The position numbers and the translations under genes are program-made. DNA of 64,000 nucleotides from Albugo candida (Eukaryota), in NCBI GenBank assembly GCA_040437565.1, contig JBDOQK010000002.1:434001-498000 (forward strand), written 5' to 3'. The notes under the pieces are model-generated. The model was not told the origin of the DNA and searched no databases. It saw nothing but the letters and a program-made list of their open reading frames with translations. This document shows, in pieces, positions 22,461 to 36,519 of this stretch (within the stretch, counting starts at the first letter, position 1; each line of letters starts with the position of its first letter).

Positions 22461-23607
22461 TCATGTGTCAAGGGCCCAACTCGCGGTCTCTGGTCCATTT
22501 ATAAACCAGATCTGTTGTAGCCATAAGCCCTTTGCTGGAGCTGACGGGCCAGCCTCCAGTTGAGATTGTAGAATCTTTTGCATAGCTTGGGGGTGCTGAG
22601 ACCCTTCTCCAATACGTCGAAGACTTCCGACGATGCGTCGCACCATATGTCGCAAAAATCCATTCGCCACGAGCTCTATACAAATAAAATGAGTACTAGT
22701 GCCCGCCTCCATATGACTGAGCTCGGTTTGGTAGTTCACAAGCTCTCCAGAACCGCTTACAGCTGGGTCCAGACAAAACGTCAAATTTCTATCACATGAT
22801 TACACTTGTCACGGCCGAGCGATGCGAATGTCATTGTTTCTACCTTTTCAATGTGACGCTAGCCCGAAATAAAGTTCGGATAGTCGATTTTTTTCCTTCT
22901 GAGGCCAGTCTGAGCCCCTGAGAGAATGGCTCAAAGTCATGAGTTCCTATCAAAATGCTACAGCAAATTGGGTCACAGATTGGGTCACAAAGAAGCATAA
23001 AAGTTACTCGAGAGCTTCCTGTAGTCGAGCTGGGTCAATTCTCGTTTTTAGAAACCAAGAGTACTTGCCAAGCTCAAGGTCGGGACGAGTACCTTGCTGG
23101 ATGTAGTATACATAGCGTTTGCGGTGTGGCCGTATGCGAGTAGAATCAGCGACAAACTCTTCTAGAGGTGCGAGACAATGCACACGAATTGTTGACGGAA
23201 GCCTATCCAACGAACGTGAGTGCAATGACCCATTACGTGAGTCAATTTGTACTCGTCATTAAGCCTCTTCAACAGCACATCCAGAGGTATTTCTAACACG
23301 GACAAGCGAAACGAAGCAAATTGCTACGTAGACGTAGCGTTCAGTTTCTCAGTTATGTACTCCAATGTGAATACGTTACAGCAAGTGCATGAGTACCAGC
23401 ATCTGTGCGGCTTACTGCATTCACATTAATCCGTTTGGGCTGTTTTAGCGCCCTCGATAGTGAATCCTCGACAATCTGCTGCACACTGAAAAATCCAGGT
23501 TTACTAGCTTCTGGCTGTCTTTGCCAGCCAATAAAATCGGTTCCGTAGTACGCGATCGACATCCCATAGCGATTTTCTTCAGCAAAACTTCTTTCAGATG
23601 TGCGCAT
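22461..23607 (-). CDS. tRNA pseudouridine synthase, TruA/Pus1-3 family (multi-exon)
   Basis: Motifs IAYYGTDFIGWQRQ, SRTDAGTHA (catalytic Asp), KRYVY, ANGFLRHMVRRIVG and PSAPAKGLWL. Confidence 0.9.
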
Positions 23608-23755
23608 TTATACGAAAATGTATTGGTTGTGCGCGTCAGAAGCTCTTGGCCTGACTAACAGCCACTCGTAATCATGGACGCGAAGGACGAAGGCTCTCAA
23701 ACAGCGCTGCCGGCCTCTAATTCCATCGGTATACAAACGGTCGGATATTTACAGC

Positions 23756-26700
23756 ATGAATGCAATCGATGCAAGCTTCTACAGCAAAAACTTTAATGTA
23801 TCGCGGTACATGCTGCGATACATCGTGGGCGCCTCGACCGATGAATTGAGGCAGGATCAGCTCGACCGCATTGTCAGCTATCGCGAAATTGCTGACAGAG
23901 AGATTGGTGGTGTGATCGAGGATAACTACATCAATTTCAACTCAAGTTTGGCTATGTTTACGACCATTTCTAATCAAAATAGAGGTTTTGCGCGTGTGAT
24001 ACTATCTCAACGAACACAGCATGCTGATGTTATAGTGTTCCATAGAAACATCGGAGAAGCTCGATAAAGTCTCTCAACGATGTACTGATGGAAAAATAAT
24101 TCTTGGATCCAAGACGAAGAATTTGCGGGAGCTTCTTTTACAGAAATATGAAGCTAAAAAGGTTTTAATATGATGACGACAAATAATACACTGACGCTAA
24201 ATATTGAAAGGTTATTGAACTCATCGACGAGATTCAATTCATCGAGACCGCTCCAGTGAAGATTAAAGCGTACCTAGCTCAGAAAAAGTATACCACTGCA
24301 GTAGAGACATTCAATCAAGCGCTTGATCTTGTATTCACGGATAAATTAGTCGCTTTCCATGCTCTCACTGGACTACGCACATCATTGATGGAATGCAAGC
24401 AGATAATAGAAGATGATTTAGTACAAGCTCTGCTCAATATCACTTTCTTGAAGGTGAAAAAGATGAAACAACATATTCTCAAAGGCATATTATCACATTT
24501 TATGTCTAGGAAACCATACAAAGCTTCCACCACAAATCGATCGATTCTGCGACTATGTTGGAACAAGAGCTACTCAATGAAACAGTCTTTGAAACCGAGT
24601 ACAGAGATTGCATTGCTAATCAAAACTCCTTGCGAGTAGACGGTCTCCACCTCAGTACAGGTCAAAGAGCGTCCCATACCAATGAGATGAAAGATGCTGT
24701 GAATGCAGTCAAACGGTCCGATGATTTTTTTTTGAGTCGATGCTCAATCTAAATGTATGGCTTCTCTGTTACATAGGCTACGGCGTGAGGTAGAAGTACT
24801 TGGAGAACTACAAAACTCGACGGAAGCTGAACTCGAGCTCATTGTGGAAAAAGTATCATTTATCTATTGCTCTCGTAATCCATTCAACAAGTCAGTGGAA
24901 AATGAGCAGATTCAGTTTGGGCAATGTGAGCATACCAAGACGTTACAATCGTTTCTGGCTTTGCTCCTCAACGTTTTTCGACGAGTGACGCAACGAAGTC
25001 TGCTGATTTCGTACTACTTTACATCTGATGGAAGTGAATGGAGATACAGTCTGCAATGTCTGCTGACCAAAATATCAAACTGTGTTCACAGTCTCCTAAA
25101 CAAGTACATGGACACGATTGCAGCTTCCTCAGGATCCAGCATCGATGAAGAAAGCGATGGGATGTATTCAGACCTCAAATTCTTCAAATTTGAAGCAAAT
25201 AGAAAAAAAAGTGACGAAAAGAATGCAAATCCTATTTCATCGGGTAATGATGGAATATGGAATCCGATCGCCTCAGCGGAAAAGAAAACAATTTGCTTGC
25301 CAAGTGTATTCCACTTTCCATTCGTATACGCCGCCTTGATGCAATTTACGGCTGATCTGGAGCATTTTCAAGCTTTATACACACGGGAGACATCTTCTTG
25401 CAACGACGGCACTTTTAGGGTAGAGCTGAATCGATTTATTATCGCTTGCTGGATCCCCAGAGTCGAACTCAAAGCCAAGCAATTTCTTACAATCAAACAA
25501 AAGACCTCGCCAACTATGCTTCCAATTCCTTCGGTAAGTTGTTTCTAGTTAGCATTATCATTTTGAAAACGAGGTGATAGACACTTTGAATATTTAAGGA
25601 TACGAATTTCCAGCTACCAAGTACCGAGTCATTGATGCAAATTGCTCAGTGCATTTGCCAAATTGTCCAGAAAATGCCAAGTTATGAGGTTGAATGCGTC
25701 AATGTTTTAGACTCGACTTTCAAATCTTGGATCGGTCAGATAGAAGCAATCGTCAAGGTGATACATTGCTTCACACTGAAGGAAAGCACGTCAGCCTTCA
25801 ACGTGGAGAATCGACTGAATTCGGCATATTTTGATTCGGAGATTTATAAGAAGGCGAAAGGAGAAGTCGCGGTACCGTATCAAATAACCAGCAAAACGCG
25901 ATTATGTGGCATTTACACGGACGACAATTCAAAGTTCACGAGTGGAAGGGATACAAATACCAGCTCAACTAAGGTCTCCAACTGCGCTGATAACATCTCG
26001 TCCCTTCCTATTCTGTTTGGTCAGAATGTCAACAGAACCACTTCTGAGCGGATCATGGAGCACGAATTTGAGCTGGAACGCCCACTATACAATCCTAATG
26101 TCTGGAAAGTTGGAGGCCCAAGCTTAGTGACGGATATGACACGCATATCTATACTTGCGTACATCTGCAGCGCAAGCGATATGATTGCATTCAACTTGCA
26201 ACATATCTCAGTATACCCGGACGGTCCAGCCATCAGTTCCACTCATGCTTTATTCCAAAGTACCTGCTTACGTTGTTCTGAGCTCGCTGACACCTGTTTG
26301 TTTTTCATTCGTCGGGAAGCGCGTCTTCATTGCTTCTTTTTTTTGACACAACTTATCAGTCAGCGGTACGACTCGAAAGAAGATGTCAGCGTTGCTCAGC
26401 ATTTCGTTCAATCGTTGAATCGAAGCATTTCATCTATGGAGCACGCACTTAATCCATTTATATCTATTTACAAAGTATGCTTCATATTCAATGATATTGA
26501 TGCGCTTTGCGCTAATATTTTGATCTCAAATCTGCAAAATATGGTCAAATGCGTTTTCACAACAAAAGGCGTTGCTCAGATGCTACTGAATATTGGCGCA
26601 ATCCATCAGCGACTTTCAGGAGTATTATTCCCATATCCTCAAATTGGCTCCATTGGATCATTTTATCATTTCCAATATGCGAAACGCTATTATCAGCTCT

Positions 26701-26861
26701 TACTACTGCAAGAAACTCAACTCGAGCTTTTTGTTCTGGACAATCGTAAGATATTCACCGCTAATGCCTTTCGCGCATTGTGGCGAGTAGAGACACCGCA
26801 TCGTGTTCTTAAGCAGGGAAGCATCAATAAGCTGGAGAGTTTACTATCAACAAGTTTGTAA
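23756..26861 (+). CDS. SEC8: Exocyst complex component Sec8/EXOC4-like (multi-exon; start may lie at about 23674)
   Basis: N-terminal NFNSSLAMFTTIS and the C-terminal LADTCLFFIRREARLHCFFFL / AKRYYQLL segments resemble Sec8. Collinear ORFs are separated by short introns. Confidence 0.72.
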
Positions 26862-26986
26862 GCGATTAATAGCATCGATATTTTCATCAATTGAGCCAAG
26901 TGAATGCTGCCACCTTAAGCAGGTAAAACACTAGTTTAGGCGATATGCAATTGAATGCATCCTCAGCCAGCAGATCAGTGAAAATA

Positions 26987-27769
26987 ATGGCCGCCATTAC
27001 TCATTCAAGAAGACTTCAGCATGCAGTAAGATCAACAGCTCATTGTGATCCGCTCTAGCTCTTCCTATGTGATTTCTTTCAAGTTTAGTACAGCCGCAGC
27101 TCCGTCTTTATCCTCGGACGCCTATTCATTCGTGAAAATGCGGCAAGCGTATCAGTCTGAAGTATCTGATCTTCGCAAGATTTTCTTGGAAAATGAAATT
27201 CATAGAAAAAAGAAACTTGCACAGGATGCCGAGTAAGCTCATTTAATCAATTGTATCCATTCTAGTTTGAGTCAACTTACTTTAATAGAGTTAAGCGACA
27301 GAGAATTATGAAGGAGAAAGCTGCACGCATGGAAATTAAGCGTCAGAAACAAGCGCTTCGAGCTGAAGAAGTAGCTCGTGACCGAGACTTGCAGGAAGCA
27401 GCTTATCGGAGATATTTTGAAGAAAAAGCGCGCGTACGACTTATCCATGAAGAGGAGAGAGCGCGACGACGAGCAGCCATTTTGAATGCTTTCAAAGAAG
27501 AGAGTGACAAGTGGATTACACAGGAAAATTATCAGGAGAAATTGAAGGACGAAGTGTTCATGTATACACCTCAACTCCGTAGTGGATCTCGTTCATTCGA
27601 TGTGCTCTTGACAACAGCAGGATCTAGCGCGTTATCTTGGTTGGAAAAGCTAAAGAGAATGAGACCAGCAGGAGCTCAAGGTGATACGGTAGCTTCATTA
27701 AGTGCACAAACTGATGGGAAAGAAAACAGTATACTGGATTTACTACCGAAAAAAACACCTGTAGAATAG
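26987..27769 (+). CDS. Probable mitochondrial ribosomal protein mS26-like (3 exons)
   Basis: Basic presequence-like start MAAITHSRRLQHA|FSTAAA (intron 27026-27083). Charged helical body. EESDKWITQENYQEKL resembles the mS26 C-terminal motif. Confidence 0.55.
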
Positions 27770-30468
27770 TGAGGTGAACAGAACAAGTTACAAAAATTCT
27801 GCAATTTTAGGTAGTGATACTTTTGCAATACAGTGTGTTTATGACTGCCTGCAGCATGTATTCTTGGTTGCTTGTGAAAATGCTGTAAAGAACGATGTAC
27901 CATCAATCAGCTACTCAATGCGTCATCATCCCGACAAGCGACCCTATTGTTGTAGCAACACAAAATAATGGAAAAAACTGGGTTTCGATCCACAGATTGT
28001 CTCTTTTCTTTGAGCGGGTACTATTCGGGCAATGATCGAGAATATTTTATGTCGTCTGATTTTATATGTGATTGTGAAACCCTGTCCGCGTTCGAGATGT
28101 TACTAAACTACCGCCATTGCTTGACGATGTACCCATATCGTAGAGAGCATCTCGAACGGTATAATATCCAAGAAAGGTCCTTCTAACAAATACGTACTTC
28201 GCTATGAGTCTGTACTGCAACTGGTGCATCTCGTAATACCGGCATTTCTTTGATTGGGATTCCTACGAAGGCGCAAGTGTATTTCTGCCACATAAGAAGT
28301 CAGCAAAACTCGAACGCGGCCGAGGATTGATATCGTTTCACAGTAGAAGCATACATACAGAGATCTGATGATAGCAACAAAGCCATTAGGTTAGCTTCCG
28401 CCAACAGCTCCATCATAGCACAATGATCCTATAACAAACATTGGAATATTATTCTAAATTTGCACATAGCGGAACCAGTTAGTCATTGATTTCTTCCATG
28501 AGTTTGGCACTCTCAAGCGTCGATAGTGTCGCTGTGTCTTGTAAGGAATATTTGGAGTGAAAGGAAAGTGCCTGAGGTGCGCACTCTGTCATTTATCATA
28601 CACTTAAAAATTCGGCTGCCTACATGCGTCTGATTACGCTTGGTAGAGCTGTAAGAGTGCGAGCAATCTGCAATTAGTCGATTGCTTTTATTCTTGCATA
28701 ATGTATCACATCTTTGCACCCAAACATGACGGTCTCTATCGACAGCACTTCAAGAAGTTATCTACTTTCGATTTAGAAGCAGAAAATGTGTAAGAATCAA
28801 CGGCCCGAAAAATTATCGCCGCAAAACTTGGCGCTTCGCAGTTTGGTACCCAGTAGTTTAGAACGAGCCTAATAGTCATGCTACACACGTTATGCTTGGT
28901 CTAATCTGATCTAACGCAAGGCAAGAGCTTCAATATGCGCTATCACAATCCTTCCGACCACTTTTGCCAAAAGGACAATTCACGTCGCATGTCCACTCAA
29001 TAAGAAAACCTCTCTTGAGTAATGGTATAGTGTACATTACGAAGTGGTTTTGATTGTTTGTAGTCGCTGATATTGTCTGTACATTATGATGCGTGTCGAG
29101 AAGGGTTTTTCGAAACATCTATATATGGGATTCGATGTCAAAAAATCGAGAGTATGAAGAGAATCAACAGGTGCCCGGGTTTTTATTAAATTGCACTTTG
29201 ATCCGCGAATTCTTGCATATTTGGAAGCATTCACCCAGAATCTCTCAGATGTTTTATTTCTCGCTGATCTCTCTTCACCGTTGTTTGCGCTCCGACAAAT
29301 CTTCCACAAAGCAATCCAGAAAAAAGCTACGTTAATGCTTGACTATTCCGTATCCGACGTAAATACGTGTGTGCTTGAAGATTCTTGCATACCTAACTTC
29401 AAGAAAAAAAAGGATCACACCGGCATGCAGAGAGATATCAGATCTATCTCTGGTTGGAAAAGTATTCGGTACGTAACCCATCACTCGCATGAATTGATAT
29501 TTTATTACGTTGCTTATTGCTGTCCTTTACTTCCGGATTTCGCAACGTCATCGAAAAGTGTCCCGCATTTATTTTCCTTAATACATTGGCTCCCTGTGGG
29601 ATATGTTCGCATTTTCGCTTTGTGGGTGTGCTTGTTATTTCACTTTCGCGCATTGTGTGTATCCGATGTATGCTACCGATTGGTGACAGAGGATACTCAC
29701 CGAGTGTCATCCAAACATCGGTGTATGTCGAGATACCTGATTGATCGGATCTTCAGGAAAGAAAGAATATTTACACGCTATTAAGTAAAAGAACGTCGCT
29801 TGCAAAAGTCTGGAAACAAAGGCGAAGAGACCGATGGTCGTTGAGTTGGCGCTGATCTGCCTTGGTGATAGGGTTCAAACCGACTGGGATTGACAATCTT
29901 AAGCGCATGGGTATTCTGTAGTATGCAATCACGAGAGAAATCTCAAATAAGATCTCATGTGCTGTAAAGACTTTGACCTTTTCCTTGGTTGAAAAGAATG
30001 AGATAATCAGGATAACAAAGATTCTGATGATTTGCTTGTATAATTCTTGATCGAGGTGTTTGAGTTCCTGGTGATATGCTATCGGCTGGAATTATGCTAC
30101 GGTTACTAGGGATAACATTTAAGCGACACAAAAAACTTCACTAAGTCGCCCGTGCAGCAATCGGCCAAAGGTTTGACATTAACGCCCTTGCTAAAGTTTT
30201 TGAATTTAGCATTTTTACAAACATCCACGTCCCCGTGAAAAATAGATGATGCGTCAAACCGCCACATCGAGATCAAGATCAAGAAGAAGTATAGCTAGGG
30301 TCAAAGGAATACATGTGCACTATTAGCAAGTACTCTTCTGTGCTCTACTATGACGCTTTGATCTCTAGTGATGCATTGACACTCACCAGGTTTAGACTCA
30401 TAGAGAAAAATGAAGTGTAGTGAAATAAAAATCGATCAATTTCATTCTACTACACTATCAATCAATCC

Positions 30469-31218
30469 CTAATTAGAAACGTATGCACATAGCATACCTC
30501 GAATTTCAAAGAGTAGCGTCTCTATCTCTTGCGGTAGTTCTTCGGACTCCAAGATATCAGCCTCTTCATTCTCATACTCCACCACCGAGCTGGTTTCGCT
30601 GTCGTCCTGTTCGATCGCAAGGCCTTTTTCAATTTCTCGAAACGCTTCGAGCTGCTTTATAGCTTCGTCAATCGCCACATCCACTTTGTTTTTGCGACAA
30701 GATTCGCTCTCCATTGCTCGAAAGCTTGTTCGGCCACACCTTTTTCGGAGAGGGTCGTGATCTTCGTCGTGTAAACAGGTTCCTTGGTTGACATCGAGTC
30801 GACAAAAACGATCTTGATAGCGGACCCGTTCATATTCGTTGATCCGGACCAGAATTTGATGGTCTTCGTGACCGAGTGGAGTAGAGGCTCGACCACAGAA
30901 ATAGTTGCTGGCGCTAGTTTTGCCAGGTCTTCCAACATTGTTGCTTTTTCAAATGAGCCTGATACTCTCGGAAAGAAGAGCCCGTACCAGGTCATTTTCG
31001 TTCATCTAAGAGATCAGGATCCAAAGAAAAATTCTTATCCGCTACGTGCAGTAACACTAGCCTTAGGTAACCGCACTTGGAGGAAGCCAACGGAGCGTTA
31101 TCGGTATCGTGTTACTAAAGAGACATACAGAAATACCTTCTCGATCTCAAGGCTGAGATCAAGATACATTAAGCCTCGTTCAAGAATGAGCGGGACAATC
31201 TTCGATCAGGCACCATAA
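30469..31218 (-). pseudogene. Frameshifted or degraded coding remnant of unknown origin
   Basis: Overlapping protein-like ORFs 30657-30995 and 30469-30714 lie in different frames. Further protein-like fragments with stops lie upstream. Confidence 0.35.
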
Positions 31219-31329
31219 ATATGAACACAGTCATAGAGAGCTTTCTGTTGGTGGAAACAATATCTCTGCTCGGTATGACAACGTGCCCGAGTTTTATGCT
31301 TCCGCTTGGCGAATAATTATTCATTGAAA

Positions 31330-31640
31330 GAGTTGAGCATTACGATGTCTTACTATGGTCACGACGAATTCAAATACACAGTACAACCCTACTTAAATAA
31401 CATGTTCATTGGCCAAGAAATGGGGCGGCGGATAGATCGGATGCGCTGCATATAAAAAGCTTCATTTTTTGTGCCCAGTATTTCATCGACGACCACGCAT
31501 ATAGATGACCGTAAATTTTGGCATGATGTCGAACAAGACCTATATTGAGTGCCTCAACTTTGGATTAACGACCTCGCCTTCATTTGCCGATAAGATGATG
31601 AAAATATCTTGTTGATCGGACTATATCGTTCGGCACAGTT
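31330..31640 (+). mobile_element. Possible highly decayed Ty3/Gypsy integrase fragment
   Basis: Fragments GH...T..LLK*HVHWPR across frames resemble the integrase H2C2 region. Heavily interrupted. Confidence 0.3.
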
Positions 31641-34199
31641 GCATTACCAGAATACGTGTAGATATTCCGTATCGTCGACATCGTGACAGCAACATTGACG
31701 AGAAGGTACTTTGAACAGTTTACCATTGGCAAAAAGTGCGGTGCATATTTCATTCCTGGAGTGTAACTATTGCATTACATTTCTCCTATTCAATGAGGTC
31801 AAATGGGATGGATTCTATGTACATGAAGCAGGAGAAATGAGTTATGGAAGATACTTGGACAAGAGAAGAGTGAATCTACATGCATTGCAGTATGCACTCG
31901 GGTGGGTGAAGGTATTTGTTATAAGAGCAAATGTATTAGTCGGGTGGTGCAAGCACATTTCAGAGTATCTATTAATGGGCTTGAGTAATTTTGCGAACAC
32001 CACAAAAATATTGATGTTGCTGGAAAGTGGCGATATTACATTAGTAGCATATTGGAAGTAGCGCAAATCGAGTATTCGGACCTTAAGATGCTCAATTTTA
32101 TTGGCTATGAGCCAATCGCGAGATGATGAATAATTCAGTGCAGAAGCAGCGGTACCGAGTTCGTTGGATTATGTGTCACGGTCACAAAAATCTATCGATT
32201 AATGCAGTTGCGTGAATTTTTTTTATAAAGAGATTCTGAATCAATTGAACAAGGTATTACATTCGCTCTACACCATGGGCAGTCAATTCGGTGATTCAAA
32301 AAGTGTCTGGAATTGTCAAGTCAGTATGAATTGAGTCATCGGTGACACAGTGAGTATACAAAAGATGCATGCACGCAACTTTATGCATCGCCGACCCGAA
32401 TACAAGCGCAGCATGAAAATAAAAGATAAATTCGTGAAAGAGCGAGGAAATCGCTGCAATCTGGTGTGATAATGTTTGGTTGAAGTATATCATACATGTT
32501 TCAATATGAATATCTGTATTTTGAACTCTTCTCTACGGCACAAATGCGTGTTGAATGACCCCTCGACCAATCTTCTCATTTATGGGTATCATACTGGATG
32601 GCGATTTTGACGTAGCTTGCAATCATACTCATACTCCAATTGTATGGATGATAGAGTAAACGTTTCTGACAATATACGTACAATGCAATGTCAGGTTCGC
32701 AATTGGTACACGGCAGGGTACACTAATGTTCGTACTCATGTTTTATCGACCTGGTGAGAGCAAAAACCTGCTCAAGAAATTTCGGAAGCATAAGCTTGCA
32801 GCTAGAAATGTTCCATTATTCTTATTTATCAATCCTTCATTTGATTCGTTTGAACACACGCTTTACTCACACGGCAAGGCTTGGCATGCACTATCAAGGC
32901 TACTATACCCTTCCGGATCTTTCTTCATCAACAAGTAACAAATGCTTTCCTTGCTTCATAACGTGAGCGATCGACAGCATTTTTTTATTGAGATATCAGC
33001 AAACCCTGTGTGTATGATGCGTCGAGGGCCCACCACATTCTGTTAATATGTTCTCAAATTTTGTGTCCTTTTAAAGTCTCGTCTGGGCGGTAGGTGCAGC
33101 AACGTCGACGACCACTACCCGCGGAAGAAGACGTCCTTCCTATTTTCACAGAAGCCGACCGGAAAATCTTTCTCAAGAATCACACCTAGCACCAAACCAG
33201 TATTTGGAAAAATCGAGTCAAGGCTCACCTCATAATCAGTATCGCAATCACCATCTGCATTAGTAGTAGCGAATAAGGCTGCACTATACTTCAACATTAC
33301 TCGCACCAGACACGATCCGTTTTAACAAAGACGGCTACTGCCCACCACAGGTAGTTAGACCACAAGCCTTCCATCAGACAAACCTGCGAACGAGAGTACC
33401 GCTGATAAATGATCGTTGTGAACTACACGTGGAATACGCACAGACAGCACACCTCAACCCCGAGAAGGATTACAAGTTTGTTTACATCCAAACGCGATTT
33501 TCGCCTCCCACCTTTACGAATAGATGACCTCGGGTACGAATAGAACCCCACGATTTGAGCATATAGACACGTTGATCTTTATCTGCTCGATGTTGTGAGA
33601 CAAAGGGTACACTTGTGATATGTTGCTGCTGGTACTGAAAACTTGAATTTAGATGACTTTTTTTGGACTCGTAAAAGCAAGACAAGGACCAAACGGATCG
33701 ATAATTACACCGCTCAAATGGATCTAGTATCTGACACGAGCACAGATGACCAGACTTGTAATTGTTCGTCACGACATGATTCAAAATCAATGTTATCACG
33801 TGATTGTGGTTATTCGTCACGGAGCGACTGGGATTCGACAGCGTGTCTTTAATCTCTCAGCGAGGAATAGGTCGGACTCCACATTCGTCCACATCGCACA
33901 ATATTTGAAGTGAGAACTGAGCCGATGCCTTGTAAGAACAAATGAACGTCAAAGTAATACATACAAAAATGTATTTCAGAAGGTGAAGACTCAGATCACT
34001 GTGCAATTCGAAGTGGTCAAAGCTATCGGTACATCGCAATTAGTCGAAATTGATCACTTCAGTGTGGTAAAGAGGGGCTTTCCTATCTACACAACATCCA
34101 TGTAAATAAATATCACACTCCTCCATCACGGAAGCATGATGATATGATGTTGATAGTAACCTTTCGTATTATCAACGAGCAAGTCCTTCGGAGATATCA

Positions 34200-35240
34200 C
34201 ACCCAGACACATTAACGATTAAAAATTGAGCAAAGCCTACGTTTAGACCTTGACAGTAAAATACAGCGGAAGCGCTGTGAGGTTTATCCCGCATATTTAA
34301 CAAGATTGAGCAGAAAGAAGATGAAGGCTAAATATTCAAATCTGTATAAATTATGTATGTGTCAAGGATATTGACAAGCCAGCGTTGCAAAATATCTCAC
34401 GGCAATCCTCCAAAGGATTGATCGTATCAGCTCCATAATCACAGCCTGCAGCCCCAAGTATACCCGATCTGAGCGCATTGCGAATGTGTCCGGAGAGCGC
34501 ACTCGTATCCTCCACGATAGCTTGGCTTGTCTNNNNNNNNNNNNNNNNNNNNNNNNNNNNNNNNNNNNNNNNNNNNNNNNNNNNNNNNNNNNNNNNNNNN
34601 NNNNNNNNNNNNNNNNNNNNNNNNNNNNNNNNGACAATTGCGTACCAGTACCATCCACAATTCAATGATTCGAACACATTTTATCTTTACATGCTCGAAT
34701 ATACGACATAAAGTGTGCGATTGTAACAAATGGCATCAGGAATCCGGTAGTCGAGAATTTGAATCTATACGACTGTATTCGACAGCTACGAAACATCAAA
34801 TACCACATGAATTGTTTTGCGTTTTCATAATTGAGATATTCTGAGTAATATGGCGGGTTATTTCACCTCATACGATAAGAGTCGATTAAATGTGAGATCT
34901 TCTGTCACAATATGACGCACAGCTCATGTTTCATTTGATTGTGGTGCTGTCGCCACGTCAACTTAATTCCAGCTTTTAGTCGTTGTACAAGGGCTCGTTC
35001 ATCGAGTACAATGGCAAGGCATGACGCATCAGGAATTCTGAACAACTTGTACTGGACAGCGTCTATGGGATGAGCCAGGTAGAAATAAGGAGGTTATTGA
35101 CAAGCGTTTCACACCATGTAATATCTCAAATCGACGCCTAGCTGACGCACGGTATATTTGAATTGTGGGTGTCAGTCTTCTCAATAAGTCAAGCAGTTCA
35201 ATTCGAATTCGACACCACAATTAGTAATGAATTCACATCA
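34200..35240 (-). repeat. Second tandem copy of the secreted Cys-rich gene locus (most of the CDS hidden in the gap at 34533-34632)
   Basis: The 3' end of the CDS (DKPSYRGGYECALRTHSQCAQIGYTWGCRL) and both flanks match about 35950-37885. The outer flanks are clearly diverged. Confidence 0.75.
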
Positions 35241-36519
35241 GTCAGAATTAAAACTTACAATGTGTTTGGCATGAATAGTACCATGATCAGATATAGCAGT
35301 ATAACTTGAAAGGAAAATCTAGCCATCAACACGTCAAGGCTAGCTGAACAGAAATATTGTAATACTACGAAGCCGGTATAAGTATCTAAGCATTAGCCGT
35401 CTGATATCAGTATCGTGGGCATCTAGACATGCAGTGAGCTCGAGCCATTATCAGCTATGTAGTATTCCCTATTCTGCAATGAGTGAGATCAAGCGATAGC
35501 ACATACAATGTGTGCAAATGAAATATCCTTTGGAATGTTTATGAAGATTTACAGCGTCTCTCATTGAAAGGTTTCTTCACACAAGAAAAACTGAAAATGT
35601 TAATTTTTGCCTACCACGTAACATAAATGTTCCTACCTCGATTCGGGCTTAACCGTACTCTACTCGTCGTGGAATTTCTATCACTTGACGTATGAATTCG
35701 ACGACGAGGCACATGAACGTTTTCTATAACCTGGACTTACGCTTTGATTGAAGGAAGGCTAAACAAACTTCTGCTATCATATCACGCTAATGGCCAATGC
35801 TTACTTATAGACAGCAATGATTGCTGTTGAACGCATGTGAAGCATTTCAATCGTTCATTTATCCGATTAGCTTCAATCATCCACCTTTCGGCAGATACTC
35901 GCACATTATACCTCAGTCGTGTCCTCATCAACAAGATAAACAATATTAAACACAAGCACATTAGCGATTGTGAAGCAGGAAAGGCTACGTGTAGACTTTG
36001 ACAGTAGGATACAGTGAAGTGCTGTGAGGTTTATCCTGCATATACAACAAGATTGAGCAGAAAGAAGATGAAGGCTAAATATTCAAATCTGTATAAATTA
36101 TGTATGTGTCAAGGATATTGACAAGCCAGCGTTGCAAAATATCTCACGGCAATCCTCCAAAGGATTGATCGTATCAGCTCCATAATCACAGCCTGCAGCC
36201 CCAAGTATACCCGATCTGAGCGCATTGCGAATGTGTCCGGAGAGCGCACTCGTATCCTCCACGATAGCTTGGCTTGTCTNNNNNNNNNNNNNNNNNNNNN
36301 NNNNNNNNNNNNNNNNNNNNNNNNNNNNNNNNNNNNNNNNNNNNNNNNNNNNNNNNNNNNNNNNNNNNNNNNNNNNNNNAACAAGATTGAGCAGAAAGAA
36401 GATGAAGGCTAAATATTCAAATCTGTATAAATTATGTATGTGTCAAGGATATTGACAAGCCAGCGTTGCAAAATATCTCACGGCAATCCTCCAAAGGATT
36501 GATCGTATCAGCTCCATAA

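Noticed and set aside
29191-29784. 197-aa ORF in the gene-poor zone
   Set aside because: Non-ATG start, atypical composition and no recognisable motif; likely spurious.
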